NCBI GenBank assembly: GCA_964633825.1
Contig: CAZWHE010000002.1
Coordinates: 4,653-68,652 of the forward strand
DNA length: 64,000 nucleotides
Direction: 5' to 3'
From: an uncultured Phycisphaerales bacterium
Lineage (GTDB): Bacteria > Planctomycetota > B15-G4 > CAYZWU01
Below, one piece after another: positions 45,336 to 53,701 of the stretch. Positions within the stretch are counted from its first letter, which is position 1; each line of letters starts with the position of its first letter. Position numbers and translations under genes: made by a program. The notes beneath the pieces are model-generated. The model did no database searches and was not told where the DNA came from. It saw only the letters and a program-made list of their open reading frames with translations.

Positions 45336-45962
45336 ATGGACGATCACGGAGACCGTCTCGACGACAAAACGAGAGACATGGTTTCCCGGGCCCGAAAGGG
45401 CGACCGCGAAGCCTTCGGCGCTCTTTACAAGCTGTACGAAAAACGGCTGAAAGCGGCGGTCCGAACCCGGATCGGACAAAAGCTGCGCGGAAAGATCGAA
45501 ACGGCAGACCCCGTACAGTCGGTCTGGAAGGACGTCCTCTCCGGCCTGGACGGCTTCGAGTACAGGGGACCCGACTCGTTCTTCCGCTGGATTCTTGTTC
45601 GCGTCATCAGGAAGATCCAGGACAAAGCGAGATATTTCAGCGCGGAAAAACGAAACGTCGACAAGGAAAAGAGGCTCGGCAACGGCTCCAAAGCCGGCGT
45701 CCGCCTGCCCAACGCCTCCGGTCCGACGCCGAGCCAGGCCGTCATGGCCGACGAGGACCTGGACCGCCTCCTCCGGCTGCTCGACAGGCTCCCCGACTCG
45801 CAGCGCCGGGCCGTGGTTCTCCGAATGAGGGATAAGAAGGATTTCAACGAAATCGGAAAAATCATGGGCAAATCATCCGTAGCGGTGCGCAAGCTCTGCG
45901 GCCGGGGCCTGAAGAGGCTGGGAGAGCTCATCCTCGAGGAGAGGCGCTGCAAAGGGGAATGA
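45336..45962 (+). CDS. ECF-type RNA polymerase sigma factor (second copy)
   Basis: 'MVSRARKGDREAFGALYKLYEKRL' region 2 and 'VLRMRDKKDFNEIGKIMGKSSVAVRKLCGRGLKRL' region 4. Start chosen at the Met preceded by GGAGA. Confidence 0.75.
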   Translation: MDDHGDRLDDKTRDMVSRARKGDREAFGALYKLYEKRLKAAVRTRIGQKLRGKIETADPVQSVWKDVLSGLDGFEYRGPDSFFRWILVRVIRKIQDKARYFSAEKRNVDKEKRLGNGSKAGVRLPNASGPTPSQAVMADEDLDRLLRLLDRLPDSQRRAVVLRMRDKKDFNEIGKIMGKSSVAVRKLCGRGLKRLGELILEERRCKGE

Positions 45963-46176
45963 ATCCCGGCCACACCCACCCCTAACTCATTGCGATCAAA
46001 AGCATTACACGCCACCATTTATTTAATTTTTCGGTAAACAAATTGGGGGGTTCCAGCCGAAAAAACTTTCGTTGAATTCCAATGATGCGCTATCGCAGGA
46101 TCGGGCACACTGCTCCCGGGCTGTTGCCCGCGATTTCTCCTTGATAACCGGCCGATCCTCACGAAAGGAGAGTTCC

Positions 46177-48318
46177 ATGAAGATTTGGAGTCGTGTCTTC
46201 GTTCGTTTAAACGAAAGCAGTCCCCCCAATTTCTCGGTCACCGCCGAACCGCCTGTGATCGGTGAAAGACAAACCTTCTACAGAATGCTCCCCCTTGCCC
46301 TGGCGGTGATCGTGGTTCTTCTTTTATTCATTCAAGCCCCGCCAACGGCCCGGGCTTTCCCGGAAGAACAGGAAGAATCCCCGACCGCTCTCAAACAGCT
46401 CAGCCTGGAAGAGCTGATCAACATCGAGATCACGTCGGTCTCCAAGAAAGCGGAGAAGCTCTCCGAGACGGCGGCGGCTGTTTACGTCATTACCCAGGAA
46501 GACATCAGGCGATCGGGCGCCACGTCGATCGCCGAAGCCCTCCGCATGGCGCCCGGCGTCCAGGTCGCCCGGATCGATTCCAGCACTTGGGCGATTTCGG
46601 CGCGCGGCTTCAACTCCCAGTATGCCAACAAGCTTCTCGTCCTGATGGACGGCCGGAGCGTTTATACGCCGCTCTTCTCCGGGGTCAACTGGGAGCTCCA
46701 GGACACGATGATCGAGGACATCGAACGGATCGAGGTGATCCGCGGACCCGGGGCTTCCGTCTGGGGGGCCAACGCCGTCAACGGTGTGATCAATATCATC
46801 ACCAAGCACGCCCGCGACACCCAGGGCGGGCTGTTCACCACCCAGGCCGGAAACGAAGAACTGATATACGACGGAATCCGCTACGGCGGGGCCATCAATG
46901 ACAACGCCTGGTACCGGGTCTACGCGAAGTTCAAAAGGAACGACAATTCCGATCTCGCCGACGGCCGCCACACGGACGACGGATGGAAAGTGCTCCAGGG
47001 GGGGTTCCACATCGACTGGGACCTGTCCGAGACCGACACCTTCACGTTCCAGGGGGATTCCTATGAGTTCGACGGCGACAGCATGTACACCGCGCCGACG
47101 CCGCCCTTCACCCTCTTCGACAATGACACGGAAACGCGGGGCAGCAACATTCTGGGGCGATGGAGACGCACGCTCTCCGACAGCTCAGTTATGACGGCCC
47201 AGATCTACTACGACCGGGTCGATATCAACAAGCCCGTCTTTCCACGGGTGCACGACACGATCGATTTGGAGCTCCAGCACGAGTTTTCCTGCGGCGAAAG
47301 CCACGATATCGTCTGGGGGATCGGATACCGCACCCTGAGAGAAAGCGTGGACAACACGATCTTTTTCGCCATCACGCCGGACAGCCGCCACGACAGCCTG
47401 ATCAGCGCCTTCGTCCAGGACGACATCACCATGGCCGAGGACCTGATGCACGTGACCGTCGGATCGAAGGTGGAACACAACGACTACACGGGATTCGAGG
47501 TTCAGCCCACGCTGCGGTGTCTCTGGACACCCCATGAGAAGCACTCTGTTTGGGCGTCCGTTTCACACGCCGTCAGAACCCCGTCGATCATCGAAAGCGG
47601 AGACCGGGCCAATGTGGGCCTCGTCGGATATGCGCCCAACTTCCTTCCTCCTTTCAATCTCCTTCCCGTTGTCTCCACCATGACGGGCAACAGGGATCTC
47701 GATTCGGAAGATCTCATGGCCTACGAGCTCGGCTACCGCGTCCAGCCGACGGAGCGCCTCTCCCTCGACGCGGCCGCTTTTTACAACAACTACGATGACC
47801 TCCGGACCCTGGAGCTCGTCGGTACGGCGCCCGACGCCATTCCGCCGACCTTCTACACAATGACCCTGAACGCCGACAACAAGATGACGGGGCGCACATA
47901 CGGAGCGGAGCTCGCCGCGGACTGGCAGGCGGCGGAGTGGTGGCGCCTGCGAGGGGCCTATACCTTTCTGCAGATTCAGCTCGACCCGGCCACGAGCAGC
48001 CGCGATGTGCCCTCGGAAGACGCCGAAGGCGAGAGCCCGCACAACCAGGTCTCCCTCCGATCTCTCATGGATATCTCGGAGACCCTTGAATTCGACACGG
48101 GAATCCGTTATGTAGGCCGCCTTTCCAGCCTCGACGTGGGGAACTATGTCGGCCTCGATCTCCGCCTGGGCTGGAAGCCTGTCGAGGATCTTGAAATCTC
48201 GCTGGTCGGCCAAAACCTGACCAGAAGAAAGCACACGGAGTTCGAGCCCTTTTTCAACACCACGGAAACAACGGAAGTGGAGCAGAGCATTTACGTGAGA
48301 TTGACGTACCGTTTCTAA
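46177..48318 (+). CDS. TonB-dependent outer-membrane receptor
   Basis: Plug domain 'ITQEDIRRSGATSIAEALRMAPGVQV...LVLMDGRSVYTP', 'IEVIRGPGASVWGANAVNGVINIITK', a beta-barrel, and a C-terminal 'YVRLTYRF'. No N-terminal signalling extension. Confidence 0.85.
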   Translation: MKIWSRVFVRLNESSPPNFSVTAEPPVIGERQTFYRMLPLALAVIVVLLLFIQAPPTARAFPEEQEESPTALKQLSLEELINIEITSVSKKAEKLSETAAAVYVITQEDIRRSGATSIAEALRMAPGVQVARIDSSTWAISARGFNSQYANKLLVLMDGRSVYTPLFSGVNWELQDTMIEDIERIEVIRGPGASVWGANAVNGVINIITKHARDTQGGLFTTQAGNEELIYDGIRYGGAINDNAWYRVYAKFKRNDNSDLADGRHTDDGWKVLQGGFHIDWDLSETDTFTFQGDSYEFDGDSMYTAPTPPFTLFDNDTETRGSNILGRWRRTLSDSSVMTAQIYYDRVDINKPVFPRVHDTIDLELQHEFSCGESHDIVWGIGYRTLRESVDNTIFFAITPDSRHDSLISAFVQDDITMAEDLMHVTVGSKVEHNDYTGFEVQPTLRCLWTPHEKHSVWASVSHAVRTPSIIESGDRANVGLVGYAPNFLPPFNLLPVVSTMTGNRDLDSEDLMAYELGYRVQPTERLSLDAAAFYNNYDDLRTLELVGTAPDAIPPTFYTMTLNADNKMTGRTYGAELAADWQAAEWWRLRGAYTFLQIQLDPATSSRDVPSEDAEGESPHNQVSLRSLMDISETLEFDTGIRYVGRLSSLDVGNYVGLDLRLGWKPVEDLEISLVGQNLTRRKHTEFEPFFNTTETTEVEQSIYVRLTYRF

Positions 48319-48342
48319 TAAATCGAGGAACGCCTTTTTGCA

Positions 48343-49026
48343 ATGAGACCGGGCCGGAAAAAAATCAGGCGCATACCTAAAAGGGACAAGACAGCCTGTC
48401 TTGTATTCCTTGCCGCGATCATGCTGCCGTCCCCCGCCATGTCTCAGAGCGGTTTCGCCGAAGCCTCCGGTCCGCTTCCCGACACGGAGCTCCTGCGGGT
48501 CGGACAACCAGGTCCCGGGAAAGAAAAAATCACCACTGAGTACAAGATCAAGGCGGCATGTCTTTTCAAATTCTGCAACTTCGTGAAATGGCCCGAGGAG
48601 GCGTTCAAAGAGAACGAGGAGGCACTCAAAGAGAAACCAAGCCCCATTGTGATCGGCATTCTCGGCAAAGATCCCTTCGGCGCCTATCTCGACGATCTCG
48701 TCAAAGGAGAAAGGATCGGCAAACGGGATCTCGTTGTGGTCCGCTTCAAGCGGTTCAAGGACCTGAAACCATGTCACATTCTCTTTGTTTCCTCGTCGGA
48801 AAAACCGCGCTTTCGACAGATACTGAAAAAACTCGAGAAGACATGGACACTGACCGTGGCGGATACAGAGGGTTTTGCTCGGCTCGGCGGTATTGTAAAC
48901 TTTTACGTCGACAAGAAAGTCCGTTTCGAGATCAACTCCGGAGCCGCGGAAAAAGCCCGCCTCAAGATCAGCTCTAAGCTCCTGAGGCTTGCCAGGATCG
49001 TCAAAACGAATAAAAAAGAGACGTGA
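48343..49026 (+). CDS. YfiR-family periplasmic protein (DUF4154)
   Basis: 'KAACLFKFCNFVKWP', 'IGILGKDPFG', 'CHILFVSSSE', 'TLTVADTEGFARLGGIVNFYVDKKVRFEIN' match the DUF4154/YfiR pattern. Signal peptide present. Confidence 0.7.
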   Translation: MRPGRKKIRRIPKRDKTACLVFLAAIMLPSPAMSQSGFAEASGPLPDTELLRVGQPGPGKEKITTEYKIKAACLFKFCNFVKWPEEAFKENEEALKEKPSPIVIGILGKDPFGAYLDDLVKGERIGKRDLVVVRFKRFKDLKPCHILFVSSSEKPRFRQILKKLEKTWTLTVADTEGFARLGGIVNFYVDKKVRFEINSGAAEKARLKISSKLLRLARIVKTNKKET

Positions 49027-49075
49027 CGGGAGCCGGGATTGACAACGACATCGACCATGACAACCGGGAGTCAAA

Positions 49076-49714
49076 ATGACTGTCACGATCGTGAGCGCGC
49101 TGGTTCTTTTTTTATTCATGGCCTACGAGAGCTTCAAGCTCCTGGCGGGTAAGGTTTTCTTTTTCCGAACAAAACTCTGGAGCTTCCTGACGATCCTGGT
49201 GGTCTTCTCACCCAGTATTCTTTACTCTCTTTTTCTCCCCGATACACTCGACTCCTGGAGATTCGGCGAGATCACTCTCCTGGTGGGAGCGGTTTTTGTC
49301 CTTTTCTTCATTTTTATCATGGCGAAAGCCCCTCCCATGATCACGGCCGGCAACATCACCAAGGACATTCTCCGGGAGAGCCTGCGCAAAGCCCTCACTG
49401 ACAACGGGATCGAATTCGACGAAGAGGACAAGCCCTTCTATAGGGGACAGCGCGCTCTCTTTTCGATGAACATCAAAAACACGGATGCCCGTATCCTCGC
49501 CGGCGAGCGTTTTTCCAATTCGCTCATCACATTCGCTCTTGTCGGCTGCAAAGATGTGCCCGCCTTCGGGAAAGCGATGAAGGATCTCGAAAGCTCCCTG
49601 GCGGGAAAGAAGCTCGGCGTGAGAACGACCGACGGCGTCTGCCTCATCATCCTCGCCCTCATCCCCCTCTCCATGGTTTTTCTCATCTACCTTCTGATGG
49701 CGTTTTTTGTCTGA
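49076..49714 (+). CDS. Four-TM membrane protein of unknown function
   Basis: Hydrophobic helices at the N-terminus and C-terminus flank a ~110-aa soluble loop. Confidence 0.5.
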   Translation: MTVTIVSALVLFLFMAYESFKLLAGKVFFFRTKLWSFLTILVVFSPSILYSLFLPDTLDSWRFGEITLLVGAVFVLFFIFIMAKAPPMITAGNITKDILRESLRKALTDNGIEFDEEDKPFYRGQRALFSMNIKNTDARILAGERFSNSLITFALVGCKDVPAFGKAMKDLESSLAGKKLGVRTTDGVCLIILALIPLSMVFLIYLLMAFFV

Positions 49715-49741
49715 CAAGCCGTTCGCGGAGACCGTTCCGGC

Positions 49742-51166
49742 ATGACAGCGCAGCATAAATCTCTCGTGATCACGGCGGTCGTGCTGATCGTTCTGACCGC
49801 TCTCTGGCTTCTCAAGGAAGAAACCCGGCCCGACGAAAGCCGCGACCTGCGCGGAGCGGTTCTCATCCTCCTCGACACGGTCCGGGCCGACCACCTCTCC
49901 TGCTACGGATACGAGCGCGAGACAACGCCCGTCCTGACCGAACTTGCCAAAGAGGGCGTTCTCTTCGAAAAGGTGGTCGCCTACGCGCCCTGGACACTCC
50001 CCTCCGTGGTGAACATCCTTTCGGGTTGCCCGCCCGATGATCTCCACGTCTTCGACCAGAGCTCGGGGGGTCTGAAGCAATCGATCGTCCAATCGATCCA
50101 GAACGCCGGGTACACAACGGCGGCCGTGACGGAAGGGGGATTCGTCTCGCGCCACTTTGGCTTCGATCGCGGCTTTTCGGAGTACTACGAAGAAGAAGGG
50201 AAGGTGAAGCTCAATCTTCCCGGTGGCCCAAAGGACTCGACATCAGCGGGCGGCATCGAAAACACCTTCCGCCGGGCCGGGGAATGGATCGAGAAGCACA
50301 AAGACGAGAAGTTCTTCCTTTTCATCCAGACCTACGAGCCGCACACGCCCTACACGCAAAGGACTTTCACGGAAGGCCTCGATCCGGGAGCGGTGGGCGA
50401 GATCTTCACCGGAGAGACGGCCCCGCTCCTCCGCAGCGGCGAGCTCGCTTTCAATGACAGCGAACTGGAGTACCTCGAAGCCCTTTACGACGGCGGAATC
50501 CGGGAGAGCGACCGCCGGGTGGGCCTTTTTCTCGATTTCCTCGACGCCATCGGTCTCGGGGAGCAAACGCTTGTCGTGGTGACGAGCGACCACGGCGAGG
50601 AGCTGGGCGCCCACTATCCCCCGCACTGCGGCAGCCACGGCCATTCCCTGCGCGACGACCTCGTTCTCGTGCCCCTGATCATCCATAATCCCTTAAAGTC
50701 CTACTCAATGAAAAGAGTCGCCCACCAGGCCAGGCTCATGGACGTGATGCCCACAATCGTCGAGATCCTGGGGGTGCAACCGGAACAGCCCACATCGGGC
50801 CGGAGCCTCCTTGGCCTCATGGAAGAGACGGAAAAAACGAACCGCCTCGCCTACGGCGGGGCCGCAAAAAAAGGTCCTCGAAGAATCTTCCTGCGCTGGA
50901 TGGGTTACAAGTACATCAAGACAACCGGTCCCGCGCCGATCATGTATCCGATCAATCCACTTCCCCCCGCGGTCCAGCTCTACGACCTCCAGGCCGCCCC
51001 CCAGGAACAGAAAAACCTCGCCGGAGCGAAACCCGACATCGTCCGCCGGATGCACGAGATTCTGACTCAAACAAAAGAACCGGGCAGCCAGGGCAAGATC
51101 GAAGTGGACACGGACGATATGGACGAAACACTGCGCGAGCGTCTCGAATCCCTGGGATATCTCTAG
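49742..51166 (+). CDS. Sulfatase-family (alkaline-phosphatase superfamily) protein with N-terminal TM anchor; canonical C/S-x-P-x-R motif not evident
   Basis: 'VLILLDTVRADHLSCYGYERETTPVLTELAKEGVLF' metal-binding N-terminal region, 'VVTSDHGEELGAH', 'GLDPGAVGEIFTGE'. The expected nucleophile position reads 'APWTLPS'. Confidence 0.7.
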   Translation: MTAQHKSLVITAVVLIVLTALWLLKEETRPDESRDLRGAVLILLDTVRADHLSCYGYERETTPVLTELAKEGVLFEKVVAYAPWTLPSVVNILSGCPPDDLHVFDQSSGGLKQSIVQSIQNAGYTTAAVTEGGFVSRHFGFDRGFSEYYEEEGKVKLNLPGGPKDSTSAGGIENTFRRAGEWIEKHKDEKFFLFIQTYEPHTPYTQRTFTEGLDPGAVGEIFTGETAPLLRSGELAFNDSELEYLEALYDGGIRESDRRVGLFLDFLDAIGLGEQTLVVVTSDHGEELGAHYPPHCGSHGHSLRDDLVLVPLIIHNPLKSYSMKRVAHQARLMDVMPTIVEILGVQPEQPTSGRSLLGLMEETEKTNRLAYGGAAKKGPRRIFLRWMGYKYIKTTGPAPIMYPINPLPPAVQLYDLQAAPQEQKNLAGAKPDIVRRMHEILTQTKEPGSQGKIEVDTDDMDETLRERLESLGYL

Positions 51167-51263
51167 CCCGGAACCGGAGATTGAGCAGCGGCGTACAGCC
51201 GTCGGCTCCAATATCTGGTATAATCCGGCGGTTATTCGCATCAACAACGGATACTAACGGGAA

Positions 51264-51596
51264 TTGAACATGAACAAGCAAGGTTACATAAAACTATCCC
51301 TCATTTTTTTCATCATCTCCATTGGGTTGCTGGTTGTCGGAATTTTAGCCAAGCTCAAGTTGGATGACATAAAAAACGAAAACTTGAACAATGCAAGGCT
51401 TATGGAAGAAGGACACCCCATGGGGGGCCGTTTTGCAGATGAGTCGGAATCACGCAATCTGTTGATTATATTGATAATTTCATGCGTAGGCTTCGCAACA
51501 ACTCTATACCTGGCATCTTCACTCTATCACAAAGATAAACTCATGGCCGCTAAATCGAATGAACACCATGGCGATCGAAATCGTTGCGTTCGATAA
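51264..51596 (+). CDS. Small two-TM membrane protein encoded in a low-GC islet
   Basis: ORF-track protein with TM helices 'LSLIFFIISIGLLVVGIL' and 'LLIILIISCVGFATTLYL'. Local GC is clearly below the window average. Confidence 0.4.
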   Translation: MNMNKQGYIKLSLIFFIISIGLLVVGILAKLKLDDIKNENLNNARLMEEGHPMGGRFADESESRNLLIILIISCVGFATTLYLASSLYHKDKLMAAKSNEHHGDRNRCVR

Positions 51597-51779
51597 CATG
51601 AGCCATCGAGACCAGGCGGTCGGCCTGTGGGAGCGTGTCTTTGCATACAAAGCACCGCACAACGCTCCCGAGGGGGATGGATCTACTCGATCGCCGTGCA
51701 TCCGGACCGCCGAAAGCACGGGATCGGCTCGCAATTGCTTTCTTTCGCAGAGCGCCGGCTCGTCAGGAGAAACCAATGA
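51559..51779 (+). pseudogene. Truncated and frameshifted GNAT acetyltransferase remnant
   Basis: Frame A 'MAIEIVAFDNMSHRDQAVGLWERVF...' shifts to frame B 'GWIYSIAVHPDRRKHGIGSQLLSFAERRL*', which carries the GNAT acetyl-CoA-binding motif. The total is too short for an intact GNAT. Confidence 0.4.
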
Positions 51780-52123
51780 ACGAAATCGTTGCGAATCCGA
51801 AGCTTGTAGCCTTCTGCGGCCTTTATTGCGGCGCTTGCAAGCGGTACATCAAGGGCGGCTGTCCGGGCTGCCACGAAAACGAAAAAGCAACCTGGTGCAA
51901 GATACGGAAATGCTGCTTGGAAAACGAGTATTCGTCCTGCGCCGTGTGCGAAGAGTTCGACGATCCCAGGGGTTGCGGCAAGTTTCATAACTTTTTCTCG
52001 AAGCTCATCGGCTGGCTCCTCAGATCGGATCGCCGCGCGTGCGTTTTGCAGATCAAGGAGCTCGGCCTGGAGGGGCACGCCAAAGCCATGGCCGAGCTGG
52101 GGCGCTCATCGATCAAGCCGTAA
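51776..52123 (+). CDS. Cys-rich DUF3795-like putative zinc-binding protein
   Basis: 'FCGLYCGACKRYIKGGCPGCHEN...WCKIRKCC...CAVCEEF' cysteine pattern. The start overlaps the GNAT-remnant stop (ATGA). Confidence 0.55.
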   Translation: MNEIVANPKLVAFCGLYCGACKRYIKGGCPGCHENEKATWCKIRKCCLENEYSSCAVCEEFDDPRGCGKFHNFFSKLIGWLLRSDRRACVLQIKELGLEGHAKAMAELGRSSIKP

Positions 52124-52158
52124 ATCGCAGCCGCTCAGACCACGAACGGAGGAGGACC

Positions 52159-52836
52159 ATGACCCAACAGCCAGGCGCCGACAACCCGCTCGTCCTTTCC
52201 TATCTCGGCATGCGTAAAGCCATCGGAATTATCGGGATCTCGCTCCCCTTTGTTCTGGCGTTCGGCAAGATCCTTCTCGAAAGCCCGGGGATACAAAGCT
52301 CGATCAGCGACTACTACTACACGGGGATGAGAGACGTTTTCGTTGGAAGCCTGTGCGCAATCGCCGTGTTCCTCATGTCATATCGAGGTTACGAGCGCAA
52401 AGACGACATGGCCGGTGATTTCGCTTGCATCTTCGCGCTCGGCGTCGCGCTGTTCCCCACCACGCCGGAGGTGAATCCCTCTTCTCTGGAAAAAACCATC
52501 GGCGCTCTGCACCTGATCTCTGCGGCCGGCTTCTTCCTTACGCTGGCCTTTTTCTCCCTTGTGCTGTTCAGGAAAACCGATCCGAACAAGACCCCGACTC
52601 GAAGGAAACTGCAAAGAAATGTGGTCTACACGATATGCGGATATTCCATTCTCGCCTGTCTTGCCTTGGTCGCCCTTTCGGCGCTGATTCCAGGCGACTC
52701 GCCCGTGAAGAAGCTCGATCCCGTTTTTTGGCTCGAGTCCGCCGCTACGGTCGCCTTCGGCGCATCATGGCTCACAAAGGGTGAAGCGATCTTGAAAGAT
52801 GCAGCGGCCCCGGTCCCATCGCTAAAGAAAGGATAA
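52159..52836 (+). CDS. Polytopic membrane protein of unknown function
   Basis: GGAGG RBS and 6 predicted TM helices. Confidence 0.55.
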   Translation: MTQQPGADNPLVLSYLGMRKAIGIIGISLPFVLAFGKILLESPGIQSSISDYYYTGMRDVFVGSLCAIAVFLMSYRGYERKDDMAGDFACIFALGVALFPTTPEVNPSSLEKTIGALHLISAAGFFLTLAFFSLVLFRKTDPNKTPTRRKLQRNVVYTICGYSILACLALVALSALIPGDSPVKKLDPVFWLESAATVAFGASWLTKGEAILKDAAAPVPSLKKG

Positions 52837-52838
52837 AC

Positions 52839-53036
52839 ATGAGCTCTAACAAAACAAACGACGTCACAGTCGAAGAAGCTCCCGAGGGAACGGTTCCGAA
52901 ATGCCCCTATTGCGGCAAGGAGCTCGATAAGGTCTGGATCCAAAAGAAGGGCATTGGAATCTTGGAGCAAAAACAAATTATCATGTGCCCCTATTGCCGG
53001 TCACTTCTCGGATATGGGGTCTTTGGCTCTCGTTGA
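52839..53036 (+). CDS. Small zinc-ribbon protein
   Basis: 'CPYCGKEL...(27 aa)...CPYCRSL' double CxxC. 65 aa, RBS-like AAAGGA upstream. Confidence 0.45.
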   Translation: MSSNKTNDVTVEEAPEGTVPKCPYCGKELDKVWIQKKGIGILEQKQIIMCPYCRSLLGYGVFGSR

Positions 53037-53060
53037 TTTCAGAGCAGAAGAGGAGAAAGA

Positions 53061-53408
53061 ATGGGTATCTGCAGCACCGTCGCGAGCCTGGCGGAAGCGG
53101 TCTCAAAAGCGAAAGCACCCCTGGAACCCCGCCACCGACTGCAGGTGGATATTCTCAAGCTCATGCCTCTTTACAGCGAGATATGGAATCTCTCTCCCTG
53201 GGAACACGCCTTTCAAGACGTGGTCAAGGAACCTGACGACGAATCCGAGACGGGCCTCCTCTTGTGGGAGATCTTCGATTTCGGCAGGTACAACATGTAC
53301 TCGGCGTTCGACCCGGCCGGTACCCGCGACTGCTACATCGCGCTGACCGACCTTCTCAAAGAGAAGGGCGTGGCCCTATCCGGAAAGCACGACATCGATT
53401 CATGGTAG
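53061..53408 (+). CDS. Hypothetical protein
   Basis: ORF with GAGGAG RBS and no recognisable motif. Confidence 0.4.
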   Translation: MGICSTVASLAEAVSKAKAPLEPRHRLQVDILKLMPLYSEIWNLSPWEHAFQDVVKEPDDESETGLLLWEIFDFGRYNMYSAFDPAGTRDCYIALTDLLKEKGVALSGKHDIDSW

Positions 53409-53701
53409 GTGTGCCCGACCGGCTCCCGGGGAAACAAATCTCTTCCCACTAAATAAGCGAACCCTCCTGTGATGTTTATCTGTGGTAACCCCCGGCGGTA
53501 AGAGATGGGCAAACTCACCCGCGCCGGTCTCTCGATTAATCGGGCAATCCCTTGCCACAAAAGAATTAAGAGAAAACAACTCGAAGCGCGTTACTCCCGG
53601 CACTCTATTCGCTTAAAAGAGGTGCAGGGCGAAGTTCTCAGAAGAAGCAGAGAATGGATTGCCGGGTTTCGTCGACAGAAAGTTCGGCAGGATTTTTAAC
53701 A

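Noticed and set aside
45336-48318. FecI/FecR/FecA-type TonB-dependent transducer system.
   Set aside because: No FecR-like anti-sigma gene lies between the sigma and receptor genes. The receptor's mature N-terminus goes straight into the plug domain with no ~80-aa signalling extension.
51263-51600. Exact start/frame of the low-GC small ORF from manual reading.
   Set aside because: My hand translation disagreed by one base with the supplied ORF track at two line junctions. I trust the track coordinates (51264-51596) and do not infer a frameshift here.
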